A DNA stretch of 64,000 nucleotides from Lama glama (lineage: Eukaryota). The translations under genes were made by a program, and so were the position numbers. The notes below the pieces were generated by a model. The model was given only the letters and a program-made list of their open reading frames with translations, did not search any database and was not told the origin of the DNA. The stretch spans positions 18,788,001 to 18,852,000 of the forward strand of contig CM052816.1 of assembly GCA_028534125.1 (NCBI GenBank), in the 5' to 3' direction. Below, piece after piece: positions 49,401 through 61,170 of the stretch (position 1 is the stretch's first letter; every line of letters starts with the position of its first letter).

Positions 49401-50144
49401 CACACATAGCACATTGACTTAAGCAGTCTGCACCCCAAATCAGAGTGGGAAACAGAGCTGATAAAGCTCAATCCTAAAGGCTGACACCAAGCCAGGAGAG
49501 ACTCAGCCAATGACACCACGGTCGGCAAGCAGGCCTTCTAGAGCGAGGAGGTGAGGGCACGGTGACCACTAGCCTCTCACCTGCAGAGCTGGGCTTGCCT
49601 GCCTGAACACACCTTTGAGTTGCAAGCTTGATCCCAAGCTTGCAAGGCATTCCTCTCCCTTCCTCTAGCTCCTTCATCCTTAATCCTGCCCTCTGATACC
49701 AGAGTCGGGTTTCCATCTTTCCCCGCACAGCTGATTAGGGGCTAGCCAGTGGGCGCTCGCTGCATGTGCCCCCTGACTTACCCCGAGCCAGTGCACTGTG
49801 TCATGGCCAAGGGTGGGGCTCAGGCATGGCCGGGATGAATGATTTATCTAGGGGTGTCTTCCTAAAGCTCCCTTTCAGAGCCATCATCCACATTTCAAGA
49901 GGCTGATAGAGTCTCCCACATCTCGGGAGGGAGGTTATTAATCTATTCATTAGTGTGAGACAATGACTCTTTTGAACCTGATATGTCTAATTGTGGAAGA
50001 GAACAAAGCCTCACAATTACAGACAGAGATAGGCGAAGAGCATCTGCTCCCATGACGTCAGGACTTCTTCCAGGCTCACAAAGCACTGGAGTGCTCCCTC
50101 CTGCCCCCACCAAGTGGGATCCTGGTCTGGGCAAAGTGATGATA

Positions 50145-50300
50145 AGAAGAAGCTAACAATTTTCGTAGCCAGGACTTCCAGGTGCCCCACCATGCAAAGC
50201 ACTGTGTATGCACTGTCTGACCTAATTCTCACAGCAACAGTAAGAGAATTGAGTATTTTTATCTCCATCCTACAAATAAGGACATCGCAGAATGAGTGTG
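50145..50300 (-). mobile_element. MIR SINE
   Basis: 'aagcactgtg...taattctcacagcaac...tatctccatcctacaaataaggac'. Confidence 0.65.
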
Positions 50301-51454
50301 ACATGTGTGCACAACAAGAATGGAGCATGGGGCCCAGCTGCCATTATCATTATTACTACCATTATTTTCTTTTATACTAGAATAACTTAAAACTTGTCTT
50401 CCCTCCATCGCCGAGCTGTGACTTCCTTGAGGTCACAGACCATGAGTATTTCATCTCTGCCTCTTCTCTCACAGAGTTGATGCCCATTACATCCCTGTTG
50501 CATTAAATCACTTTGTTTAATCTTTGCATTACTTATTTCTGGGCCAAAGTAAGAGAGGTGTGCTAATCACCCTGCATTTCAGGTTCGGGGAACAGAGCCC
50601 TAAAGCCCTTCCTGCCCCATTGATGTCTTCAGCCCTTGTTTGCTGCTCAGTGTGAGCCCACAGGCTGGAGGAGGCAGCGATGAGTTATCTTCTGGGTTCT
50701 AATACATTAGAAAGTTAGACTCTGTCTCCGATGCCACAGCAGGTACCTCCAGGACCACATCTGTGTTCATCCACGTCCCTATTCCTCCAGGCTAGGCCCA
50801 TAGGAGGTGCTCAATAAGTTTTTCCAACTGACTGTAATACTCTGAGTGTGGCAAACAGCACCAGGGGCTGCTACACAGCCTCAAGAGCCTGACTAGGCTG
50901 ATTTTTTTGAGAGAAGACCTTTCAAAAATTAGGTGACAGTTTGTCACTACTTTGGTAACTTTGCCCTCCTAGATATATTTTACAGATGTCAGGTTACATT
51001 TGACTTTTCTGGGTGTATAAATAGTTCATATTCAGTTTTTAAGCCGTAGATCTTGAAGCTTCTCTGTTTATAGACTCTTGAGTTTTGATGATCTGACCAT
51101 TTATAATAAAAATCTCTGGCTCCTTGTTAGCACCAACATTGATTAGCTGACATTTCAGACAGCTGACTAGGAATTACCTCAACCACCATCACAACTACCT
51201 GTGAGGTGTTAAGACATCTTGGAGTGTGGATGGGGCCATTTCTTGGCCCTGGGCCACTCTACTGGTCGACTCTTCCACTGGCTACTACAACTTACAGAGA
51301 GGCCAGGACCAGGTTTCCACCCCCATCCCCAGTGATTTAAAAAAAGATTCTGTGCTTAGAAAAGAGCTGTCACAAAGCCCATGCACTTAATTCTGCAGGA
51401 AAGTCTAGGGCCATTCCCAAGCCTTGTCAGAATCTACAGATTTAGAATTACCTG

Positions 51455-51612
51455 TGCAAAGGTTCTAAGCCTTGGCTGCATGCCAGCACCAGCTGGGAGT
51501 CTGGGACCTATTCTGAATAATTAGAGCAGAATCTCTGAGCATGGGACAAAGTTTGGGGATTAAGTGGATTCCCAGGCGCCTGTAAAGTATAGCCTGGCTG
51601 AGTTGAAACCCT
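51455..51612. mobile_element. MER5B-like hAT MITE
   Basis: 'ggttctaagccttggctgca...cagaatctctg...tcccagg...gttgaaaccc'. Confidence 0.55.
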
Positions 51613-53782
51613 TTCTTTAGAAAGGATACGAAGTCAACCAATTTCCTAGAAATGGGTAGATTAGAAAAAAAAAGTTATAAAAGGAAAGGAAGAATGTAAG
51701 AAGGAGGTGTACCAAGTATAACAAGAAGTGACAGTAAGAAAAGAGAGGAGAATGAAGGAAGTCAAAGAGAATTTTTAAAATACCTTTGTCTTAGGGCATT
51801 AGGTACAGGGGGACCACCCTCTTCTCTATGCACCAGGCCAGGTGGGACAGAACTCAGCAGGGCACTTGCCCTATTGAATTGGGTCCACTTTCCTCTTATT
51901 AATTTTATATCATGAGCTCCTTGAGGGAAGGAAGTAGGTATGATTCGTCTTTATGCCTCTGATGCCTAGCCTCACACTGGGACAAAGGAGGAGGTAATGA
52001 AATGTTTGTAGTGAGTGAAACAATGAACAGGAGTCCCCAGCTCAGGGAAGCCCCTGAGGACATCACTGTTTCAAAAAAGACAATGGAAGTGCTTTGCCAA
52101 CTGGACAGAACTTCAAAATGGCAGGGTTTTTTTTTTTTTATGACCCTGAGTTGTTCATTCAAAGATGTTTATTTGGCACTCGCTGTGGGTGCTAGACGCC
52201 AAACAAAGTGCTTTCCAGCGAATATAGAGCAGAGGATGCACAGGACGCAGACATATGGAGACAAGGACACTGAGGCTCAGAGAAGGAAAAGCGTGGGACA
52301 CGTTTCAGAGCTGATGAGACTAGAGCTCAGGTGCAAGTGATGGGCTATAAAGCTGAATCACGGAAGAAGCAAATGCTGCTCCACGTGCTTCTTTTATGGA
52401 GCCAGACAAGGTACAACACCCATCAGAAAGATTTCTTCCCAGATGATAACGCTTGTTCAAAATCTGCTCACAGGGCTGACATTCTATTACCCGGGGAATC
52501 TGCTCATGATAAACGTTATTCCTGTAATTCTGGATGAGCAAGGCACTGTTAGAGCTATATTTCCCATGCAAACTCTGTCCTCCTTTCACTGTGGTCAACA
52601 CCCTCTGCACCCCCAGTCCTCCAAAATCAGCAAAGTGGGGAGAGGGGAACACCTGTCCTTTTCCTAAGCAGCAGCATCTACAACCCTCAGGTGCTCACAA
52701 CTCTCAGCTGGACTCCCGAACAATGACGTTTCTGCTCCTAGGCACTCCATCTCTGATTTCCCAAACAACAGGCTTCTATTAGCAATCAAAGCCTTTCCCA
52801 AATCTTCCCAGAGCCCGGGTGCCCTGGAGTTAGGGCCCTGGTTTCAGGCCATGGCTGTAAGTTCGTCCCTGCATCCAGGAGTTTCCCAAGACTACAGGAA
52901 AACATCTAAGGAGCAGAGGGATCTAGGCCTGGAGTGATTGGCATTGGCTTTCAATCCTCACTTCCAACTTGCTGAGTTCTTCCTGAACATCAGCTCTTTA
53001 TGTGAAAGGTATCTGAAGACAGGCGATCACTGGGATATTTTACTGGAAAACCACACCACTATTTCCTGGTCTAAAATGCACAGATTACTGAAAATAGCCC
53101 TTGAATACATGGAGATGTTTTCTTCAGTGCACTTAACTGCAGTCTTACCAGATTCAGTGGTTCAGTGCACTTAACTGCAGTCTCACCAGATCCTTGGGGT
53201 AAGAGCTGTTTCCCCCATTTTATGGATGGGACACTGAGATGGAGGAGTTACAAGAGGTGGCCAGAGCCCCAGTGGAATGATGGCAGAGCATGTCAAAGAT
53301 CTTCATGTCCTGGATGTTCCATGGAAGGACCTCATGTCACCTACGGTTCACCTCTGTCACCAGTTCATGGCATATGATGAACATTATGTACCCATGGAGT
53401 CCAGTCACACAGCTGGAGTTTCACCAAACAGTGATGGCACTCACAGTGGGTTCAAGGCACGCGGGATCTCCAAGGAGTATACACATCAGAGCAGATACTA
53501 TGTAGCAGAGCTATACTATATAGCAGAACTTTAATTAAAGTCCCATGAGCATGTCAAAGTGTAGGATCTTGTAGGAGAGTGAGAGCCCACACTCCATCAT
53601 ACTGGGACTGGAGAGGTCTAATGGAGGGAAGCTCAGAAATCCTGGAGGCAAGATTTGAGGGTAGATCAGACTTTAAAAAATTAATAATGAGTATTTAAGA
53701 AAACTTGATGTCAAAAAAGTCATTCACAATCCTACTTTCCATTGCATGGAATATCCATTTCAGATTAGTCCATGCTCACCAC

Positions 53783-54238
53783 TATAAAAAAAAAAAAGGA
53801 ATATCACCTGCCACCTGATTCTCCAAAGACTAAGTCATCAGTCACTGCTATCCCTGAGCTACAGTACACTCTGAAAGGAAGTCAGGACCAAGAACAGGAT
53901 AAGGTACTCTGTGCCTTGAGGAAACAGGCAAACAGGCCCTCAGCTATATTTCAGGAGAAATTTTTATGAACCCAGATCCTGGTGTCTTTTCATACTTAGA
54001 AAAAGCACCACAATCATTAGCTGAAATATCTGCCCCTTGTGACTAGCAGATGTGTGCTTGATGGCACATACCCCTTAGCCAAAATCGCATACATACTGGC
54101 CTCTCCCCCCACCTCTTCAGAGCTGTTCCTCAGAGCTCTCTGAGAGGCTGTCTCCTGGTATCTAGTCCTCAGTTAAGATGCTGCATAAAACTCAATTCAC
54201 ATCTCTTATGTTGTATGTGTGTGTGTTTTCAGTTGACA
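53783..54238 (+). mobile_element. ERV1-type solo LTR (A)
   Basis: LTR-like U3/R/U5 text with a variant poly(A) signal (cataaaactcaattc), then 'ttttcagttgaca' end. 5' end degenerate (tata for tgta). Confidence 0.75.
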
Positions 54239-54242
54239 CCTC

Positions 54243-54678
54243 TGTGGAAGGAAATCAAAACAGAGTCAGAATTGCTAAGAGAGCCCTCCAAAATGGATCC
54301 ACGAGGTCATCCAGGAAGCGTGATTAATACACGTCTCAACCCAGATGCAATCTGACCTTTTGGCCGCTTGTTGTCCTAACGAAGACATCCAGAAGATCTG
54401 CCAGACACTCAAGAAACTTATCAGACTCCTACCCTAACAATTCAGGATTCCTTAGGAACAAGTATTTCCTGACTTGTGTCAGAGTCAATCACAATTCTTC
54501 CCAGGCAACATGAACAACCTTGTGGCTTTTTGTCTTTATAAGCCTCTGACTCTCCCCCACCCCCAGCTCCGGAACACTCCCTTGGTTTCACCTAAACCTG
54601 TGTCTCCTGAATTGCAGTTCTTAAGATCCCAACAAAGCTGTTTGTTCTTTGCAGCCTTGAGATTGATTAGGGTCGATG
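54243..54678 (+). mobile_element. ERV1-type solo LTR (B), different family, abutting LTR A
   Basis: Starts tgtggaagg; TATA-like tttataag at ~54535; 'gtgtctcctgaattgcagttc' and variant poly(A) signal aacaaa; ends gtcgatg. Confidence 0.7.
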
Positions 54679-55414
54679 CCACTGGGATTCAGACACATTC
54701 AGGCATGCCTGGAGGGCTGGGGGTAGGCCACCAGGATCCTACTCCAGTGGGTATCTTGGGGGAGAATCAGGCATGTCACACTGGATAAGTAACAAAGCTG
54801 AGGTGTCAGAATAATGAGTCTGTCATAGTATTTGTCCCTTGGACTGAGGCCCAGCCTAGCCTTCCGTGGATATCTATCTATGCAGCAAAGAGCAGTTTCA
54901 CCAAAATCCCATGTCCATAGTTCTGTAGGGAACACAAAGAGACAGCGGTGCCATGAAGGTTCCCACAGGTGCAGGGCCACTTCAAGGCCCCAAGGATCAG
55001 TGTGCCTGGTGCAGGACCTCAGTCCTGGGCAGGAACCTTATGTATGGGCATTGCCCACCATGAAAGGGGTCTGAGGCTGGGGGTGTTCCATGGCAGAGGT
55101 GACTTGTCTGGCATGGGATTCTTTTGTGAAGTCATAGGAAATTTAAGTGCTCCCAGGGATTTCTGGGGCCAGAATCCTACAACAACAGGTGGAGGTGAGA
55201 GACAACCAAATGCGGCTTGGTTCTATAAAAAGTCACCACATTTTTAACCCTCAACAGGAGGTTATAAAACTATGTTCATCTTTGCGTATCCTATGCCAGT
55301 CCTCGCGCGTTTGCACTTATAACAGCCGTAGTCTGTATTTTTTTATAATTTGCTTTTTCTGAAGTTATCATGGGAGAGAGCTGCCCGTGCACATGAACAA
55401 TGTGAACTCTCCAT

Positions 55415-55625
55415 CAGTGGTTCTCAGTAGGAGACAAATTTGTCTCCTGGGGAACAGTGGGCAATGTCTAGAGACATTTTTAATTGCCATGACTGGGGAG
55501 GTGATGCTATTGAGTAGAGGCCAGAGATGCTGCTAAAATAAACATCCTACAATACACGGAGGAGCCTCTCACAACAAAGAACTGCCTGTCTCAAAGTGTC
55601 AGCAGTGCCAAGGCTGAAAAACCCC
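55415..55625. mobile_element. MER20 (hAT-Charlie MITE)
   Basis: 'cagtggttctc...ggcaatgtctagagacattttt...gtagaggccagagatgctgctaaa...catcctacaatacac...gtgccaaggctgaaaaaccc'. Confidence 0.92.
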
Positions 55626-56576
55626 ATTCCCGAGGTGCAGAGACCAGAAAGGACACGATTATTTGAGTAATTGTCAGTAGCCCAATTTGACCTGAATGTA
55701 GGATACATGCAGGGAAATCAATAGAGGAAAGTCAAAAAGTTAAGTTAGAAGAAAATCCAGAGAGCCCAGATTTCACTCACTGGGCAGTGGAGAGTAATGG
55801 AAAAGTTTCTAGCAACAGAGATGGAGGACCCAAGGGCAGACTCGTGAGGTCTGGCTCGAGTGACTAGTCAATACCGTTTACTGAGACATGGCTCACAGCA
55901 GATGCTTTAGGGAGAAGTGTATTCAGGTGTGGACGCGGCAAGTGTTCCCGGGAGCAGAGCATGGGATGGCATAGCTGCAAAGGTAGGGGGTGTGAGCAGG
56001 CGTCCCAGAGAGAGCGCCTGCCTGGGAGCTAGCTGTGGGGAGACACACAGAGGGTGCCCAGTGGGTGCTATCGGGAGGAGCTGCATGTACAGAGAGGGAC
56101 TTGAAGGACATCCAGACCAGGATCCCTCAAGGGCAGAGGGGAAGAGCGGTCAAGGCGCTGGGAGAGGAGCTGTCAAACAGTGCCACAGAGGCCAAGGGCG
56201 CAGTGAGGCCTAAGGATGGGCTGAGGTAGGTCAAAAGCTGCAAGATGGTAAAGAGGAGAGTGGGAGCGCATCAACGGTGCCCTCCACAGGGGAGCTGGGA
56301 TCTGAACCTGGGTCTGCTGGCCGCAGGCCTCGGGCTTTTCCCACTGCCTCAGGACCATGTGGATCTGTGGATAGGCCTCTGGTTGGACACAGCCGGGCTG
56401 GCGGGAGCTGCACCATCACAGACGCAGAATGATGATTAACAGTTAACAGAGCAGAGTCTGGTGTCACATGGAAACTTTCTTCTTTCTTCCAACATGAGCT
56501 GCAGGCCCTCTGGGGGCCACAGCTACTGCTTCTGCAGCAGCGTCTTTACATTGTTCAACAAATAAATACTACTTAC

Positions 56577-56661
56577 CTCCTCCTGCTGAGCCTCGGTGGT
56601 GTCTCCTCAGGGGTGCGCCGAGCTGGCGGCCAGGGGGCTGCTGGAGATCCGGTTTCATGAG
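56577..56661 (-). other. Strong candidate internal exon (85 nt) of an unidentified minus-strand transcript
   Basis: Acceptor cctgatgtttctttgccttctgcag|CTC and donor GAG|gtaagta are both near-consensus. The body is GC- and CpG-rich against CpG-poor flanks. Confidence 0.6.
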
Positions 56662-56709
56662 CTGCAGAAGGCAAAGAAACATCAGGAGTGAGGCTCAGCC
56701 TTTCTAGTG

Positions 56710-57310
56710 ATTAGAGAAATGCAACTTAAAACAAGCACAAGACTCTCTCTCTCCCCTGGCATATTGACAGTCAAGAAGAAGCTGGGTGACACGCACACCC
56801 TGTGAATAGACAGTAAACAGTGGAGGGCACGATCTTTGGGTGGGGCAAAGATACCAAAAATTTTAAGGCACTAGCCCTTTGCTCTAGCAACTCCACTTTC
56901 AGGCATCTGTCCTAAAGAATGTTCATTGCCACCTGTAAAGGTGAAAATGTAGAGAGATACTAAATGTTCATCAGTGGGGCATACCCGTCTTGTTGCTTGT
57001 AGCTGTAAAGAAAGAGGCAGGTCTCCGTGTTAATATGGAAGAAAGGGCCAGGATTGATTCTGAAGTGAAAAGAGCAAGGTGAAGCTGTGAGACAACGTGT
57101 GTAGTGTGATCATTATTGTTTCTCTGTTAATCCAAATTTGTGTGTCCATAGAAATAGCATTGAGAAGACGCACACCAATCAGTTGATAGTGGTTATTTCT
57201 TGAGAGGAGCATGTAGGTAGGGAAGGAAAGGAGAGTGGCACTTTTTACCTTTATGGACTGATGTGCTATTTGTATTTCTACAGCCAGTCTGTGTCCCTTG
57301 TGTGATTTAA
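56710..57310 (+). mobile_element. Very old L1ME-type fragment
   Basis: 'attagagaaatgcaacttaaaaca', 'ctagcaactccactttcagg', 'aaatgttcatcagtggggc'. Confidence 0.6.
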
Positions 57311-57914
57311 TGCCAAGAAGATGGCATCCCAACTTGCCCTGGTCAGAAAAATCCCAGCCTGATCGCCTTCCCCAAGGCTGCCAGCTCAGGGCTAGTAACC
57401 ATGGCCACCTGAGGATTCATTGTAGGACCTCTCCCGGGCATAGCTATCATTCCCGCTCCCAACCTCTGGCAGCTAAGAGCTGATCGCAGTCACCTGGGCA
57501 CAGGTAGTCTCGCTTCTCTCACACCCCACCCTCCCCCCAACAGCTGCCAGCCCAGGTGAAGAAGGCGCTGCCTGCAGGAGCTGTGTTTCTGGAGGCAGAG
57601 CAAGCAAGTAAGAGAGAGAAGTGGCACCTGGGGCGTGCCTCTTCCTACAGGAAACAGTATGGAGACAGGGATTCGAGGCCAGGGGCATAGCCACACTCTC
57701 TCACCCATTTCTGCTAAGGCTGGCCATCAGCCTCATTCTTTAGGGTCACTCAGCCTGGCCCTGAGACTGTCAAAGCTAGGGGCATTCCAGGCTCTGAGCC
57801 TAGAAACTCAGACTCACTGCTCTGGGTTCTCTCCAACAGCTTCAGACTCATCTGGAAAAACACAGCCAACGACCCTTAAGTGCTTACTCTGGATCAGGCA
57901 CTCTTCTGAGTCTG

Positions 57915-58030
57915 AGCTACAAAGTGTGGTCTGAGGACCAGCAGCAGCAGCATCGCCCAGGAGCTTGTTAGAATGTAGACTCTCAGGCTCCAGTGACTGG
58001 TGCGGCATTAAAGCTGGAGAAGCACGGCCC
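57915..58030. mobile_element. MER5A1-like MITE
   Basis: 'caaagtgtggtctgaggaccagcagcagcagcatcgcccaggagcttgttagaatgtagactctcaggc'. Confidence 0.85.
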
Positions 58031-58039
58031 TCAGTACTC

Positions 58040-58165
58040 GGATCTGTTAACTCAGTTAATCCTCCAACAACTCCCGGGTCCTGTTATTATTATCCCCATT
58101 TTGCATATGAAGGTTAAGTAACTCGTCATAGGTCACTTGGCTAGTGATTTCTGTCTGATTCCACC
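58040..58165 (-). mobile_element. MIR SINE fragment
   Basis: 'ttaatcctccaacaac...attatccccattttgcatatga...ttaagtaact'. Confidence 0.75.
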
Positions 58166-58344
58166 TGTAGAGCCCACACTACGAGTCATTACAGCACACT
58201 GCTGACTGTGTAAAGAGCATGAGGAGAGGCCTCTTTAAATTTCTGTCCAGTCAAATGGCAGAGGGCTTAGGATGCTGGTGGGGCATAAAGTCAACTTCAC
58301 CGGACTGACCTGAAAAAAAAATCCACATCTTTCATAGTTATGGA

Positions 58345-58603
58345 AATGTGGAATTGTAGCCAGAGTAGTGGTTGCCAGGGGCAAGGGATGGAGCTGGGTG
58401 GAAGTGGAGGGTGGAAGCCACTGTGGAGATGGAACTGTTCCAGAGCTCAGTTATGCCATTGTTAGGACCCTGGTTGTGATATTTTACTATGGTTTGCAAG
58501 ATGTTATCATTGGGGGAAACTGGGTTAAGTATGCAGAGGCTCTCTCTGAATTATTTCTTACAACTGTGTGTGAATCTCAGAAAGTTTTTAATTGAAAAAA
58601 AAA
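58345..58603 (+). mobile_element. L1MC1/2-like 3' end
   Basis: 'agtggttgccagggg...ggttgtgatattttactatggtttgcaagatgttatcattgggggaaactggg...ttcttacaactg' + A tail. Confidence 0.85.
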
Positions 58604-58817
58604 TGCCTTCTCTATAGCTAAAATTTTCAAGCTTAGGACCTAGCTGAATGAGCCAAAGTTAAATTTTATGCATATGGACCAGAAGTGTGTTCTGATTAAA
58701 ATATGCACAATTAAAGGCCTGGGGAGTATAAAGAGGCGACCAATATAAGTATAGCTAAATACCAAAACCATTTGTTTCAACACACAATCCTCCTTAGTTC
58801 CAGAATCCCAGCTACAG

Positions 58818-58847
58818 CATACACACACACACACACACACATACACA
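58818..58847 (+). repeat. (CA)n microsatellite
   Basis: Direct reading. Confidence 0.95.
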
Positions 58848-59141
58848 TGAGCATGCCTCCCACAAACACAGCCTGTCTGTGAGTCATTTAGAAGGAAATA
58901 ATCTCATAAAGCAGTATTGATGGAAAAGAACAAAACATGAGGCCTCTGAAGTGGGGGAAACATTCCCAGCTTGCAGCAGGATGAGAAGAGCCTCTTGGCT
59001 CAAGTTGACTTTTAAGAGTGAAGAGCCAAAGCAGAATCCTGCCCTTCACACAATGTCTTAGATTGCAGAAAGAGATACTGCAATTAACAGTCTGCCAAAA
59101 AAAGAAAGAAAAAAAAAAGGCCAATGGTCAACTCCAAAGCA

Positions 59142-59144
<3 letters not shown>

Positions 59145-59184
<40 letters not shown>
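59145..59184 (+). repeat. (GT)n microsatellite, ~20 units
   Basis: Direct reading. Confidence 0.97.
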
Positions 59185-59185
<1 letters not shown>

Positions 59186-59353
59186 GTATATCGCCTACTT
59201 CTGATTGAAGCCAATGGTTGGTTCAGTCACTTGAATTAGGCGTTCTTGTGAAAGGCTAAATAGTTCTCAAGTGAAGAGAGGGCTTCCCCGGAGGTTGGTT
59301 CATCAGGCTAATGCGTTCCTCCAGCTGGCTGTTGGCTGTGGCAGCCGGCTTAC

Positions 59354-59455
59354 GGCAGAAGCTGGCCGGTAGGTGTTGCGGACACTCCTCCCGAGAGTCC
59401 AGACCAGACACACAGTCGGCAGCTCTTCATTCAGAGCACAGTAGGGCCTGCTGGG
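59354..59455 (-). other. Candidate exon (102 nt) upstream of the 56577-56661 exon
   Basis: Acceptor ctctctccatcctcatcttgcag|CCC, donor GCC|gtaagc; locally CpG-enriched and repeat-free. Confidence 0.4.
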
Positions 59456-61170
59456 CTGCAAGATGAGGATGGAGAGAGCCCACCTGGAGACTGAAACCTC
59501 TCAGTCACTTTGCACACCACCTGGGATGTGTGTTTCCCATGCTGACCACTGCCAGAAGCCAGCACCTGGACTGTAGCAGACATCCCAGTGCAGAAACCGC
59601 ATGTGAGGCCCAGGAAGCCACCACATGGCTCTCAGGCTGGGTGGCAACTCGACGGGCCTGTGTGCCCATAGGCACCCAGGGGAGGCACTACTCTGCCATG
59701 CAGGGGACTGTGGTGTTTGTGGAATTGCAGCCAGAAGGCCAATGCCAGCCTTTCTTCTATCTGCCCCTTCTCTTTCTATTTATAGATCTCCTTTTCCTTC
59801 AGATCTCATTGGAGGAGGCTATTTAGCTGCAGAGTGTATTAATCCCATCCCTTTCACTGGAAATATCCAGAAGACTGGTCCATATGCTCCCAATGAGATC
59901 TACCACACCCACCATCTAGTCTAAACAGAGGAAACAGACTCCACCCCAATGGCCTGATGCCAGTCCTCCATGAAAACATGCCACCAGCATCAGGCACGGT
60001 GCAGCCTCTGTCCTGAGTCACTTGTCCTGACCCAAAGTGCTCCACTTCCCAGTGTGGTTCTAATCCTCCCAGCAGAGGACCTCTCACCTCATCTCCCTGC
60101 TTATTCTCTCGTTGCAATCCATTTGACTGTAAACACAGGAGGGCAGGGTTTTCCATCTGGTTTGTTTATTGCACTTCGCAGTACGTGGCCCCTGGTTCAC
60201 ATCTGCTCAAGAGCCGAGGCTCAGTCCTGCTTCTCTTGCTTGTGGCTTCACTCTTTAACTATAACTTAACAACCCATTGGCCATTCTGGAGAAATTCTTC
60301 TTTCTCCAGAGCCCTAGAATCTCCTCTCTTCTCAGCCTGTGCCCTCCCCATGTTCACCCCAGTTCACAGAGCAGGAACAGACATGCAGCCCAGGGATAAG
60401 TCCATATAAACTGAAGTCAGTTGGAAAGCTGCCTCTCTCCAAGGTCAAGTTGCTGAAGACCAAGAAGGGTGACCAGACTGGAGCCCTAAGGCCAGGGGTG
60501 GTTGAGTGATCATGGATGAGAAATGCAAGGCTGAGACGTTCTGGAAAGATCTCCAAGGAGAGAAAGGCTAAAACTCAGAGCTACACACCCAGTACCCACA
60601 GAGCCCAAGGCTAGGTGGAATAACATCCCAACACCCTTCTTCCCATACACAAAGGACAAAGAAACGGACTGGTGGTTTTCTTTATCTCACAGCTCATGCC
60701 CTGACTATGGTAGCCATGCACCACAAAAATACAAAAGAGTTTGCATTTCATAAACACTTGACTTTTACAAGTCTTAACATTTCTCACAGACAGCCCTGCT
60801 CCATTAGCATTCTGAGAAATACCTTTGATTAAACCTGGGTCTCTGCTTGGTCTCTACAATGGAAGAATAAATTGAAAGGAAAATTCATGTATATGGATAT
60901 TGGCCCCAAATTTAACCGACCCTGATCACCTGCTCATATGATGCAACTTTGCTTAGAACTCAACAGTGATATAAATAACAGGGATGATCAACAGAAGAAA
61001 AGTGACTGGTCTCAGCATCATCTTTGCAACCCCCACCCTCTGAAAAGGGCATCCAGCACCAGAATGAGTCCACATACCCACTGAAGAGGGGTTATGCTGG
61101 ACTATGCTGGAGGGTGCAGTGTGGACACGTGTTTGAGGGACAAGAAAGTTGCTGACCCTGAAATGGAGGG

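Noticed and set aside
53123..53191. CRISPR-like repeat-spacer-repeat
   Set aside because: Only two copies, with a 7-bp spacer derived from the repeat itself, inside a mammalian SINE.
55280..55330. CpG island
   Set aside because: Only a few CpGs over ~50 bp; I saw no true CpG island anywhere in the window.
58818..59184. (CA)n and (GT)n as arms of a long hairpin or transposon TIRs
   Set aside because: Both are common microsatellites; there is no complementarity beyond the simple repeats.
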